A stretch of DNA of 25,311 nucleotides from Chiloscyllium plagiosum (GCF_004010195.1 NC_057719.1:7605135-7630445), one strand, 5' to 3'. Numbered from the stretch's first letter, positions 1 to 11,795 are shown. Translations and numbers: made by a program. Notes: generated by a model not told the origin, from the sequence alone.

Positions 1-600
1 ATAAGCATTCCGGCATAACCCCTGCACAATCACCTGATGAACTGGATGCAATATCTGGATGACTGCAAATTTCCTCCCTCTCTGGCTCTTATTTTCTCAA
101 CACTTAAATGGGCAAGGTCCAAGAGGAGAAAAAAGAATGCTACCAAGGCAATGAAGCTCTTGTTGAAATGTGGCAGAAGTGACAATGCCAGGAGGAGCTT
201 GCTACCAATTGGTTAAAATAATAACTTATTCACCAAGCTACACTGAAATTGTGGAAGTGCCAGTTGTTTCTGTGCCAGTAATTGAGACTGCAGAATGGTA
301 TGTTGCCTCCTTGGTGTTACTGGAAGGCATTTGTTTACGTGAAGGTGAAGAACCAGAGTGGTGCTTGGCATCACAGTGGTATCAATGATATAGGAAAAAA
401 AAGTCCTGGAGAAAGTAGATTTTGGGTCCCATTCAAGATCTGTACGGTAGCAATCTCAGGATTACTCCCAACGTCAAGTGCTATTGAATATAGATATATA
501 AAGTTTGAGTTTGAACATGTGACTGAACTAATGGTGCAAGATTGGATGTCTTTAGGTTGGATTGCTGGTACCTAGGACCATTCTGGGGTAGGTCTGACCA

Positions 601-904
601 GTCATAGAGATGTACTGGACGGAAACAGACCCTTCGGTCTAACTTGGAGAAAGTGAGGACTGCAGATGCTGGAGATCAGAGCTTAAAAATGTGTTGCTGG
701 AAAAGCGCAGCAGGTCAGGCAGCATCAAAGGAACAGGAGAATCGACGTTTCGGGCATAAGCCCTTCTTCAGGAATCCTGAAGAAGGACTTATGCCCGAAA
801 CGTTGATTCTCCTGCTCCTTTGATGCTGCCTGACCTGCTGCGCTTTTCCAGCAACGCATTTTTAACCTTCAGACTAACCCATCCAGATGCCTTTTAAATG
901 TTGC
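601..904 (-). mobile_element. CR1 (HER1-like) 3' tail fragment, split by a PLE fold-back insertion
   Basis: gtcatagagatgtac..cagacccttcggtctaac and atccagatgccttttaaatgttg are reverse complements of parts of the CR1 tail seen on + at 12500-12641. Confidence 0.7.
646..865 (-). mobile_element. Short Penelope-like terminal (pLTR) insertion with a 91-bp inverted duplication and hammerhead cores on both strands
   Basis: Arms 683-773 and 775-865 are reverse complements with 4 mismatches, centred on 774. Core CTGAAGA-AGGGC-TTAT-GCCC-GAAAC-GTC on the - strand. Degenerate TSD ccttcggtctaac (631-643) / ccttcagactaac (866-878). Homologous to the end of the Penelope at 15764-15900. Confidence 0.85.
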
Positions 905-1089
905 CCGAGGAGGAGGACTGGTTGTATCGCAACAGCACTAGGATTAATATTCTCTGAAGAGATCTGCTAGTGCTTTTTCAGGGGATTTAAGATCGCTTGT
1001 CAGGGGTTGGTAACTTGGGAAGTTCAGAAGAAAATCAAAGCTGGTAATGGGAAGTGCCAAATATAACCAGGATCAAATTACAGAGTAAT

Positions 1090-2330
1090 ATGAAAAAGGC
1101 AGAATTAAGTGTCCTTTCTGAATGCATGCAGAATTTGTAACAAGTTAGGTTAATTGGTGGTGCTGGTAGAAGTATAATTTAATTGATATGATTGAGACAT
1201 GGCTACAGGGTGACTAAGTCTGAGAACTGAACTCTGAAGAATATTTAGGAAGGAAAAGCAGGCTGATTATAAGAGGTGGGATCAGTACATTTGTAAGAAT
1301 CGTTGATCAGAAGAAAAGGGTGTTGATTTTGTTTGGGTGAAGCTAAGGTGAAATAATGTCTGACAAACCTGATTTTTAAAGGATGTTGCTAGAAGTGTTG
1401 ATAAGGAGGAATCAGTTGATATGTTCAGATTTTCAGTAGGCTCTTGATTCACTTCTCACTGGAGATTAGTAAACAAAACTAAAGAATTGTGGTTAATACA
1501 CTAACATGGAATGCGAATTAGTTACCATGCAAAAAAAACAGGAGGAATAGATGGGTCATTCTTGGGCTGTGACCATGTGTACTGCAAGGATTAGTGCTCA
1601 GGCCCTAATCTTTCCACTATCTACATTTCAATGAGGACGAATTGAATTATTTCAGTTCTTAGATGGTACCAAATTTGGTGGGAATGTGTTCAGGAAGATG
1701 CAAAGAGGCCATTTGGATAGACTGAGTATGTGGGCAGGTGTGTGGCAGATGGATTACACAGTGGATCAGTGGGGTTTAGTTGGAGGAACAAAAGCATGAT
1801 TTTTTTCAGTTGTCTAAATAAATTGTTGATTAGATTAGATTAGATTAATTCCCTACAGTGTGGAAACAGGCCCTTTGGTGCAACAAGTCCACACCTACCC
1901 TCCGAAGAGTAAGTCCCATTTCCCTCTGACTGTTGCACCTAACACTATGGGCAATTTAGCATAGCCAATTCACCTGACTGCACATCTTTGGACTGTGGGA
2001 GGAAACCCACGCAGACACGAGGCGAATGTGCAAACTCCACAGACAAAGTTTCCCGAGGCTGGAATTGAACCTGGGACCCTGGTGCTGTTGTTGTACAAAT
2101 TGGTTGCGATGTCCTTCATAAGTAGCTGAAAGCAAGCAAGCAGGTTTAGTGAGCGATTTGGAAAACAAATGGTATGCTCGTCTTTATCGCAAAAGAATTT
2201 GAGCATAGGAGTAAAGACATCTTAGTTTCAGTTGCATATCAAGTAGATATACACCAGCGAACAGATGACCAGTAAACACTGATTAGACCGCCCTTGGAGT
2301 ATTTTGCCATTCTGTTCCTCTTGCTTTTGA
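1090..2330 (+). mobile_element. Highly degraded, internally deleted CR1 ORF2 (APE endonuclease and RT remnants), interrupted by HE1
   Basis: Remnants of LNARS..NK, ETWLQGD, CLTNL, DFQ.A.D, QG.VL.P, D.TK.GG and ANGML.FIAK.FE.RSKD motifs, with many stops and frameshifts. Confidence 0.75.
1828..2087 (-). mobile_element. HE1-type tRNA-derived SINE, 5'-truncated
   Basis: Reverse complement of the copies at 7046 and 8122; (TAATC)n tail seen as gattagattagatt; B-box GGTTCAATTCC on -. Confidence 0.9.
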
Positions 2331-2334
2331 AAAC

Positions 2335-2656
2335 TTATTTTTATAACAACATAAAAGATATATTATGGCACATATGAATCAAGATTAGTGTGATGCTGGA
2401 AAAGTCCAGCAGATCAGCCAGCCTCCAAGGAGCAGGAAAAATCGACGTTTCCTGATGAAGGGCTTTTGCCTGAAATGTTGATATTCCTGCTCCTCGGATG
2501 CTGCCTGACCTGCTGTGCTTTTCTAGTACCGCTCTAATCTTGACTCTGATCTCCAACATCTGCAGTTCTCACTTTCACCTATGGTACATACGAGGCAAGT
2601 GGGAGTTGAATTTGGATCTTCTAGCCCAGAGGTAGGGATTCTACCACTGCCATAAT
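2335..2656 (-). mobile_element. Short tRNA-derived SINE (same type as 22127-22238), hosting a PLE insertion
   Basis: gtgggagttgaatttggatc..gtagggattctaccactgcc is the reverse complement of the head type seen at 22135-22192. Confidence 0.5.
2378..2579 (+). mobile_element. Short PLE pLTR insertion with an inverted arm; the hammerhead core forms the loop
   Basis: Arm 2379-2451 is complementary to ~2472-2543; loop CTGATGAAGGGCTTTTGCCT; 3' end ctgcagttctcactttcacc; degenerate TSD tatggcacatatga (2364-2377) / tatggtacatacga (2580-2593). Confidence 0.8.
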
Positions 2657-4232
2657 CCCTCACTTAAGGAAAGATATATTTGTTGTGCAGGAAGTACAGC
2701 AGACGTTCATTAGACTGATTCCTGGGATTGTGGACTGTCCTGTATTCTTTTGAGTTTAGAAGAATGAGAGGCAATCTCTTAAAAACTTAGAAGAGTAGAT
2801 GCAGAAAGGATGTTTCCCTTGGCTGTGAGTTGTAGAGCCAGGGGGCACAGTCTCAGAATAAAAGGCATGTAATTTAGGCCTTTGTTTTAGACATGTTGAG
2901 TAAGTGGAAAAGTGTGTGACATGATGTATAATGTGATGTTACTTACTATGGGAACAAAAACAGGAAGGCAGATTATTATTGGAACAGCGATAGATTGTGA
3001 AAATGGCCGATGCAAGAGGTCTGGATGTTCTTGTGCATCAGTCACTGAAAGCAAGATGCAGATGTGGCAGAAGGCCAAGTGGTATGTTAGCCTTGGTATG
3101 AGGATTCTAATATAAGAGCAGGGATGTCTTTGTGCAATGAAACGGGATATTTTTTTCATTGACTCATGGGATGTGGGTATTGCTGGCTGGCCCACATTTA
3201 TATTGCCTGGTCCTAGCTGTCCTTGAACTGAGTGGCTTGCTAGGCCATTTCAGAGGTCACTTGAGAGTCAGCCACATTGCTGTGGGCCTGGAGTCGCATA
3301 TAGGCCAGGCCAGGTGAGGGTGGTTTATGTACTTCCCTAACAGGTCAGCAAAGGTCATATCAGTAGATTTTGAATTCCAGACTTTTTGTTTTGTTTTGAA
3401 TTGAATTCATGGTGGAATTTGAACTTAGGATTCCAGAACATTAGCAGAGAGTCTATATTAATAGGCTAGCGCTAATACCACTAGATCATTACTGAAGGTA
3501 TGAGACCATACCTAAACTATTATGAGCTGCTTTAGTTGCCATTATCTGAGGAAGGATATTCTGGCTCTGCACAAAGCATGGCAAAGCCTTACCAGGCTGA
3601 TTCTTGGAATGGTAGGATTGATGTATGAAGAGAGACTGGAGTTTAGAAAAATGAGGTGCTATCTCGCAGACACTTATAAAATTCTAACCGAACAAGACAG
3701 CTAAATGCAGGAAGGATATTCCTGGTGACTAGGGACTCCCAAAATAGGTCATAGTCTAAGATAGGCCATTTAGGATTGAGTGGAGAAATTTCCTCCCCCC
3801 AAACAAGGAGCATCTGAAATTCTCGACCACCAATGTGGTTAAGGCCAAAATATTGTACATTTTTATGAAAGAATTAAACATAGTTCTTGGGGCTAAATTG
3901 TTTCCAAAGTCTGGTGAGAAAGTGGGAACAGGTTACTGCTGAGTACCTTTGATCAGCCCTGATCGTTTTGAATGGTTGAGCAAGCTTGAAAGCTGAATGG
4001 TCTATTCCTTGTATTTTCCTGTTTCTAAGATGAGAAACCTCTTCACTCAGAGCATGGTTAATGCTTGGAATTCTCACCCCAGAAGGCTATGCAAGTTTTA
4101 ATTACTAATATCATCAGGAATGTGGGAATAGTGCTGGCATAAATCATTGAGGTGCATCAACAGCCATGATCCAAAATGGCACAGCAGCCTCGAGTGGTTG
4201 AATGGCTGACTACTGCACTTATGTTCCTATAT
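2657..4232 (+). mobile_element. Several degraded CR1 ORF2 C-terminal and 3' UTR fragments
   Basis: Motifs resembling RPHLEYC..W.P.LRKDI, LMYEERL, EFRKMR, TYKIL; CR1-type tails ending at ~4025 and ~4230. Confidence 0.7.
3149..3492 (-). mobile_element. SacSINE1-like (Deu-domain) SINE inserted in a CR1
   Basis: On -: tRNA-like head (tagtggtatt..gttcaaattccacc), central ccacagcaatgtggctgactctcaagtgacctctgaaatggcctagcaagccactcagtt, and a tail shared with the LINE 3' end at 7700-7775. Confidence 0.7.
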
Positions 4233-5600
4233 GTTGAATCCAAATACCTTAATCCTGAGGCAAAGCACTGGCAGAATAGGAAATTAAAAGAAGCAAATCC
4301 TGAACTGCAGATCTCTATCTTATGAGATATCTTGTCCCATGAATCTAAAGTTCTGTGAGTTGAGAATCAGCATTTCAGTCACGTGAAACCTGTGACTGAG
4401 TAGATCTCATCCTCAAATTGAGGGACATTTGACCAGCTGTGTGAACTCATCAACTGTGGGGAAAATAGCAGTCCTGCATTTACATAGACCTCTGGCCCTG
4501 CTGGAAGGAGGGTCAGTGACTCTGGATACACATGATGCAAAGCTTATTATGTTGTGGAAAAATAAGGGAACCAGCTACCAAGGTATTTCCTGTTGAGCAA
4601 TGCTGAAAATTGTATTAGCCCATGTTGCTCTTGTGTCAGATTGCAATCCTGGCTGAACACATTTATCCTGAATCCCATTATGTTTCAGAATTGGCAGATC
4701 CATAATCAACATGATTTTCTAAATCTGAAAGTGGCAAAAGAAATCCTGAGAGCTGAGGAGATCATTAACCTCATCAAAGTTTCAGTCATGGGAGCAAAGG
4801 TGGTTTGTTTTAAAGTGAAGAAAATTGGCTATCAACCAGAACTACTCGATGCGGTCTCCTGTAATCTGTGACCACATTATTCAAAAAGCTTTAGTATGTT
4901 TTCTGCTGTGTGTAATCAAGAAATTAGGGAAACAAACTTTTGGATTAGGAATAGCTAGATTGGCTAAAAATCAGACGAAATGTTGGCAAGTATAATTCTT
5001 CAAAGGGCAGATTGCAAGAAATGGTATATTCAAGAATATTTCAGAATTGGCATGCGTAATACTCTGCCTCTCAGAAGATGTTTCTTATCATTGAAGGAAA
5101 ACATTTTAGCAGTCAGAAATGGAGGTAAACAGATAATCAGATTGGTTTTCTCAACACTCTCTTCTGGTACAAGCCTCCATGTTGATGTTTCTGAGCTGTC
5201 AAGCTGGAGTCATGTACCTCCATATCAAGTTTCTCCTACTTTCACATCAAGACGAGTGTGGTAGGAGTTAATAAAAGGCACCCAGCAAGAAATAAACTGA
5301 AAGGTTGCCTCAAGGCAAAGCAAATGAAGAAGTGGGGTTACTTGGATATATTTCCATTTTCTTTACACTATTTGGGCTCAGCAGTTAGCACTGCTACCTC
5401 ATAGTGCCAGGGATCCAGATTCGAATCAGCCCTCTGGCAACTGACTGCACAGTCTCTCCCTGCCTGCATGGGCTTCCTCCAAGTGCTCTGGTTTCCTCCT
5501 ACAGTCCACAGATGGGCTGTTTATGAGCAGTTTCACCTGACTACTCCACATAATGTCCACAGCTGTGCAGGCTAGGTGAATTAACCGTGAGAAATGTAGG

Positions 5601-7795
5601 GCTACTTCTGTGCCAAACAGCATAAAGCAAGTGATAGGCAGAGCTAAGCGATCCCACAACCAGTGGATCAGATCGAAGCTCTGCAGTCCTTCCACATCCA
5701 GTCGTGAATGGTGGTGGACAATTAAAACAACTCACTGGAGGAGAGGCTCCACAATTATCCCCATCCTCAATGATGGAGGAGCCCAGCACATCAGTGCAAA
5801 AGATAAGGATGATACATTCGTAGCAATCTTCAGTCAGAAGTTCACAAAGGATGATCCATCTCGGGCTCCTCCAGTGGTCCCCAGCATCACAGATACCAGT
5901 CTCCAGCCAATTTGATTCACTCCACGTGATATCAAGAAACAGCTGGATGCTGCAACGGCAATGGGCCCTGATAACATTCTGGCAGTACTACTGAAGATGT
6001 GTGCTGCAGAACTTGCTCCCCTAACCAAGCTTTTCTGGTACAGTTATAACACTGGCATCTACCCGACAATGTGGAAATTTGCCCAGCTATGTTCTGTACA
6101 CAAAAAGCAGGACAAATCTAATCCGGCCAATTACCGCCCAATCAGTCTACATCATCAGTAAAGTGATGGAAGGGGTCATCAACAATGCTATCCAACAGCA
6201 TCTGCTCAGAAACAGCCTGCTCAGCCACACCCAGTTTACTCAACTCCTGATCTCATTACAGCCTCGGTTCAAACATGGACAAAAGAGCTGAATTCCAGAG
6301 GGGAGGGGAGAGCGACAGCCCTTGATATCAAGGCCGCACTTGACCGAATATGGCATCAAGGAGCCCTGGCAAAACTATAATCAGTGGGTATCAAGGCGCA
6401 AACACTCTGATGGTTGGAGTCATACCTGACACAAAGGAAGATGGTTGTAGTTGTGGAGGGTCAGTCATCTCAGCTCCAGGATATCGCTGCAGAAGCTCCT
6501 CAGGGTAGTGTCCTGGGGCCAACAGTCTTCAGCTGCTTCATCAATGACCTATCCTCTGTCATAAGATCAGAAGTCAGGATGTTCACCGATGATTGTACAG
6601 TGTTCAGCACCGTTGGCGACTCCTTGGACACTGAAGCAGTCCATGCTCAAATGCAACAGGTTTTGGACAGTATCCAGGCTTGGGCCTACAAGTGGCAAGT
6701 AACATTTGCGCCACACAAATGCCTGACAATGGCCATCACCAATAAGAGACACTCTAACCACTGCCCCATGACATTTAACGTTATTCCCATCATTGAAACC
6801 CCCACTATCAACATCCTTGGGAGTTAACTTTGACCAGACACTCAACTGGACTCACCACATAAACACTGGCTACAAGAGCAGGTCAGAGACTGGAGATACT
6901 GCGGCGAGTAACTCAGCTCCTGACACCCCAAAGTCCATCCACCATCTACAAGATACAAGTCAGTGTGATGGAATACTCTCCACTTGTCTGGATGGGTGCA
7001 GCTTCAACAACACTCAAGAAGCTTGACACCATCCAGAACATTCGTGGGCGGCACGGTGGCACAGTGGTTAGCACTGCTGCCTCGCAGCGCCAGAGACCCG
7101 GGTTCAATTCCCGCCTCAGGCGACTGACTGACTGTGTGGAGTTTGCATGTTCTCCCCGTGTCTGCGTGGGTTTCCTCCGGGTGCTCCGGTTTCCTCCCAC
7201 AGTCCAAAGATGTGCGGGTCAGGTGAATTGGCCATGCTAAATTGCCCGTAGTGTTAGGTAAGTGTAGGGGTATGGGTGGGTTGCCTTCGGCGGGGCGGTG
7301 TAGACTTGTTGGGCCAAAGGGCCTGTTTCCACATTCTAAGTAATCTAATCTAAAGCAACCCGGTTAGTTGGCACCACATCTACAGACATTCACTCCAAAT
7401 ACCACTGGCTACTCAGTAGCAGAAGTGTGTACTATTTACAAGGTGAACTGCAGAAATTCACTAAAGATCCTTAGATAGCACCATCCAAACCCACACTCAG
7501 TTCCACCGAGAAGAACGAAGACAGCAGATATTTGGGAACACCATCACCTGCAAGTTCCCTCCAAGTTGCTCACTACCCTGACTTGGGAATATACCACCGT
7601 CCTTCACTGTCGGTGGGTCAAAACCCTGGAATTCACTCCCAGTTGCATTGCGGGTCAACCCACAGCAAGTGGACTGCAGTGATTCAAGAAGGCAGCTCAC
7701 CACCACCTCCTCAAGGGTAAATAGGGATGGCTATCAATGCTGCCCAGCCATTGATGACCAAGTCCCCCAAATGAAATTTTGAAAAATTTAGAAGC
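5601..7795 (+). mobile_element. 5'-truncated non-LTR LINE (CR1/L2/Jockey-group RT) with 3' UTR, disrupted
   Basis: ORF fragments MGPDNI, KSNPANYRPISL, PQGSVLGP..FINDL, FTDDCT, WQVTFAP, MEYSPLVW; degenerate 19-bp TSD taaccgtgagaaatgtagg (5582-5600) / taaccatgggaaatgtagg (7796-7814). Confidence 0.9.
7046..7353 (+). mobile_element. Full-length HE1-type SINE nested in the LINE
   Basis: gggcggcacggtggcacagtggttagc A-box, gggttcaattccc B-box, CR1-like tail ending taatctaatctaa. Confidence 0.92.
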
Positions 7796-8121
7796 TAACC
7801 ATGGGAAATGTAGGTTATAGGGTAAGGAGTGGATGTTCTTTAGTGTTAGTGTGAACCCGATGAACCGAATGGCCTGCTTCCACCCTGTAGGGACTCTATG
7901 ATTCTAATTTTCATTTGAATCATACAATTAGAAATAAATTTTCAAAACTTTTAAAAAAATAAATGATCTATCTTTGAGTTGAAAATGAATGTCATCAATG
8001 CAAACAAAAAAATGATTTAATTCTTAAAGCTATGATTTCATGGACTCTATGTAAGTACTGTATTACGTCATCCAACTCGAGAGAGAGATTGGAGAAGAAT
8101 ACAGTTATTGGAAATATTTGT

Positions 8122-8555
8122 GGGCGGCACGGTGGCACAGTGGTTAGCACTGCTGCCTCACAGCGCCAGAGACCCGGGTTCAATTCCCGCCTCAGGCAAC
8201 TGACTGTGTGGAGTTTGCACATTCTCCCCGTGTCTGCGTGGGTTTCCTCTGGGTGCTCCGGTTTCCTCCCACAGTCTAAAGATGTGCAGGCCAGGTGAAT
8301 TGGCCATGCTAAATTGTCCGGCATTAGCCCTTCCTGAAGAAGGGCTAATGCCCGAAACGTCGATTCTCCTGTTCCCTAGATGCTGCCTGACCTGCTGCGC
8401 TTTTCCAGCAACGCATTTCCATCTCATGCTAAATTGTCCATAGTGTTAGGTAAGGGGTAAATGGAGGGTATGGGTGGGTTGCGCTTCTGCGGGTCGGTGT
8501 GGACTTGTTGGGCCGAAGGGCCTGTTTTCACACTGTAAAGTAATCTAATCTAATC
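8122..8555 (+). mobile_element. Full-length HE1-type SINE carrying a PLE insertion
   Basis: Near-identical to 7046-7353 apart from the insert at 8320-8424 and its TSD. Confidence 0.92.
8320..8424 (+). mobile_element. 105-bp PLE pLTR insertion with an intact minimal hammerhead core and a 14-nt inverted arm
   Basis: Perfect 15-bp TSD catgctaaattgtcc (8305-8319 / 8425-8439); ggcattagcccttc / gaagggctaatgcc; core CTGAAGA-AGGGC-TAAT-GCCC-GAAAC-GTC at 8334-8361. Confidence 0.9.
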
Positions 8556-8969
8556 AAGTTAAAATAGAAAATACTAGAAATAGAATTTTTCAAATCTGTC
8601 TGAGAAAAATGATTGCTTTTTTTGGCCTTTGGATGCTATCAGATCTAGAGCTAAAGTTTTCCAACATTTTCTGAATGTGCAGTCTTGCTGTGGCAACAGA
8701 AGTAGCAATTTGATTCTTTATCTATGTACTAAGAATAATCACAAGCCTGGGCAGACTGATATGCAGAGTAATTGTATTTTTAACCTCTTTTCTCTGCACT
8801 CTGCAGTAGTTTCACTTAATTTGGAACTTTTGGAATGAAATTGAAGGCGTAAGATTTATAATTTGTAATCGCAAGTTTTTTGCTAGAATTTACAGAGATG
8901 AGTGTAGATGCAGAATAATTTTGGTTTGTTAAACATTTTTCTTTAAAAACTTGTGATCGTCACAGAATC

Positions 8970-9765
8970 AAAATAGGAACAGAAATTGGTGGAGAAACTC
9001 AGCAGGTTTGGCGGCATCTGTGGGGAGAAAGCAGTTAATGTTTCGAGGCCAGTGATTCTTCATCAGAACTGAAGTCTAGAAAAGGTAGAAAAATGTGGGA
9101 GGTGAATTGATAAGTGGAGATGGAGCCCAAAGAGGGTGGGAGAGGTATGAAAGAGATAGGCAGACAAGGGCTAATAGTAAACCAGCGAGAAGCTGAGTAA
9201 GTGATAATGAGAGCTGAGAGTAGATCAGACTTGCGAAAGCATGTTATGTGATAAAAGGCTTGAGAGAGGGTGAGAATGGTTTGGTTATATTGAAAGCAAC
9301 CCGTGTCATGAAAGAACCAGGGTGTGGGGGAGGGTAAAAACATGGAAAGGTGAAATCAGGCTTTAAAATTATTGAGTCCCAATTTTGAGTCCTAGAGGCT
9401 GCAGAATCACAAAGTGGAAAATGAGATGTTGTTTCTAGACCTTGTGTCGAGCTCTCTGAGCACTGCAGCAGGCTTGAGAGAAGAATATTGGCATGGGAAC
9501 ACTGTGCTGTATTGAAGTGATAGGTGTTTGGAAGCTTTGTCATTTTTATGAGCAGAACATGGATGTTCTGCAAAGCAGTTACCCAGTCTGCGATTTGTTT
9601 CTCCAGTGTAGAGGAGACCACATGGTGAGCAGCAAATACAGTAAACCAAATTGGATGAAGTGCAAGTAACATACTGCTACATGTGAAAAATGTCTGGGGC
9701 ATGGGATAGTGAGGAGAATGGGCAAGTCTAACACCTTTTGTGATTGCATGAGAAGGTGCTGTGCC
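8970..9765 (-). mobile_element. Degraded Penelope-like element 3' portion (GIY-YIG endonuclease plus pLTR with hammerhead remnant)
   Basis: VYCICCSPCGLLYTGETNRRLGNCFAEH fits the PLE GIY-YIG motif; ttctgatgaagaatca..tcgaaacatt on - at ~9037-9069. Confidence 0.85.
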
Positions 9766-10050
9766 CTTCACCACCTATACACAGTAATGGCAGTGTGCAT
9801 TCTGTAAGATTTACAAGTATTTCAGTAGCTCGCCAAGGCTCCTTCCACAGCACCTTCTAAACCTACAGCCTTTGCCACCTAGAAATAGTGTAGCAGAGGC
9901 ATGTCAACACTGCCACCTGCAAGTTCCCCTCTAAGCCCCACACAGTCCTGACTTGGAACTATATCGCTGTTCCTTCATTATTGTTGGGTCACAATCCTGG
10001 AACTCCCTAAGATCACAACCCAGGACTGGAGCAGCATCACCTTCTCCAAC
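9766..10050 (+). mobile_element. Old 3' end of the same LINE group as 5601-7795
   Basis: cacctgcaagttcccctc..cctgacttggaactatatcgctgttccttca..cctggaactccct is similar to 7545-7640. Confidence 0.75.
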
Positions 10051-10219
10051 CAATTTTTAAGAAGTTTTATTTTTAAGAAAAGGAATAAATAAACTGCACT
10101 TTGCACTAAACATGGGTGAGATCTAAGCCATCTTCATATTCTTGAAAAGCTATACCACTAATCTCGATGCTCGAAATCTCTGCCAATGAGCTTAGGTGAA
10201 ATTCAGAAGGCCATAACTT

Positions 10220-10690
10220 TAATATATTGATTTCTGTGGCCAGTAGGTTATCCTATGAAAAGAGTTTGAGTAAACTAGGCTCTTATTCAATAGATTCAAA
10301 ACAGAATGCTGGAGCAACTCAGTAGGCTTGGCAGTATCTGTGAAGAAAGAAAGAGTTAATATTTCAAATCCAGTATAATTTCTTGATGACTCTGGAACTA
10401 TTCACATAACTAGATTCAGTGTGTTAATAATCTGTATCGTGTAGATGGATGAGTTGTGAGATCTTTGAAACTTAGAAAATGTTTAAGGGAGATTGATTGG
10501 ATGACTGTGAAAAGTACATTTCCCCTGACTAAGTTCTTAAAAACAAAAGGGTTCAGTCTCAATAAGGTGTCCGCAATTTAGGACCAAAAAGAAAGAGTTG
10601 CTTTGTTGTAAATCTTCAACATTCTGTACAAAAGAGGACATGGATGCTCAGTTGATTATCATCAAGTCCGATTTAATAAGAAACTGTGCA
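10220..10690 (+). mobile_element. Degraded CR1 ORF2 C-terminal fragment
   Basis: LSYEKSLSKLGSYSI-like and downstream CR1-like remnants. Confidence 0.5.
10297..10398 (-). mobile_element. Old short PLE pLTR fragment ending at the hammerhead region
   Basis: aaacagaatgctggagcaactcagtaggcttggcagtatctgtg..agagttaatatttc is similar to 8978-9045. Confidence 0.65.
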
Positions 10691-11142
10691 TAATGCTTTT
10701 TTTATAAATTCAGGTGGTTCCAAAGCACTTCATATTGTGTAGACATTGTAAGAAACTGCAGTTACGTATAGTCCAGGTTATTACATTCAAATCTCTGAAT
10801 TGCTCTTCAGGATGGTTACGTTAGAGAAAGACAGTTTATAAACCAGGCTTGTATTCCCTTGAACATGTGAAGTTAAAGAATGATTCAAGTGAAGTATTTC
10901 AGATTATTAACCTGTTGGATGGGGAGCATGGAAACAGTTTCGTCTGGTGGAAGGGCTTTAGAACAAAGAAACAACTTTTTTTTAACTACATGGCCTAGAC
11001 TATTTGAATATGATGTTGGGAGATTGTTCAATGCAGAAATGTTCCTGGAAATCTGGAGTGCTCATCCTAAAAAAAGCTGTTGGAACTGAAAGAAAATTTC
11101 AAAAATCCCTCAGATCAGTAATTTTTTTCTTAAGGCTATGAA

Positions 11143-11795
11143 GAGATCAGTGGATCAAATCCAAGCTCTGCAGTCCTGCCCGTCCAGTCGTGAATGGTAG
11201 TGAACAGTTGCCCAGCAGATGATTCATCTCAACTTGCTCCAGTGTTTCCCAACATCACAATACCGGTCTTCAGACAATTCAGTTCACTCCATGTGCTATC
11301 GTGAAACAGGTGAAGGCACTGGATATTGCTAAGGCTATGGGCCCTGGCAACATTTTGGCAATAGTACTGAAGACTTGTGTCCAGAAACTGCAACGTCCCT
11401 AGCCAAGTTCTTTGCACCATGTGGAAAATTGCCCAGGTATGTCCTGTACACAGAAAGGACAAATCCAACCTAGCCAAATGCTATTCTGTCAGTCTACTCT
11501 CGATCATCAGCAAAGTGATGTAAGATGTCATCAACAAGCAGCACCCAGTGACACCCAGTTTGGATTCTGCCAGGACCACTCAACTCCTAATCTCATTACA
11601 GACTTGGTTCAAATATGGATGAAAGAGCTGAATTCCAGAGTGAAAGCTCTTGACGTTAAGGCCACATTTTGCTGAGTGTGGCATCAAGGTGCCCCAGCAA
11701 AATGGGAATCAGCGGGTATCGGGGGCAAACTCTCTGCTGGTTGGAGTCATATCTGGCACGTAACAAGCTGGTTATGGTTGTTGGAGGTCAGTAAT
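11143..11795 (+). mobile_element. Internally deleted fragment of the LINE family at 5601-7795
   Basis: cagtggatcaaatccaagctctgcagtcct..gctatgggccctg..tggcatcaagg aligns with pieces of 5661-6470. Confidence 0.85.

Larger units (their letters stand above)
250..990 (+). mobile_element. Degraded CR1-type LINE ORF1 (SGNH/esterase-like domain), interrupted at 601-904
   Basis: Frameshifted fragments RMVCCLLGV (from ~292), GEEPE, SGINDIGKK, VAISGLLP, DHSG and INIL..RSASAF resemble the CR1 ORF1 esterase motifs SRMVCCLPGA / HIGTNDIG / VVISGLLP / DHW / TNILAGRFA as I recall them. Confidence 0.7.
5370..7905 (+). mobile_element. Older HE1-related SINE split by a LINE insertion (parts 5370-5600 and 7796-7905)
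   Basis: Head gctcagcagttagcactgct..gattcgaatc; the body resumes at 7796 and ends ccctgtagggactctatgattcta. Confidence 0.75.

Noticed and set aside
4593..5264. Short ORFs of 92 and 94 aa
   Set aside because: No recognisable domain, non-ATG starts and no supporting exon structure.
7046..7125. tRNA gene
   Set aside because: This is the tRNA-like head of an HE1 SINE continuing into the SINE body; the same applies at 8122, 20385 and 22127.
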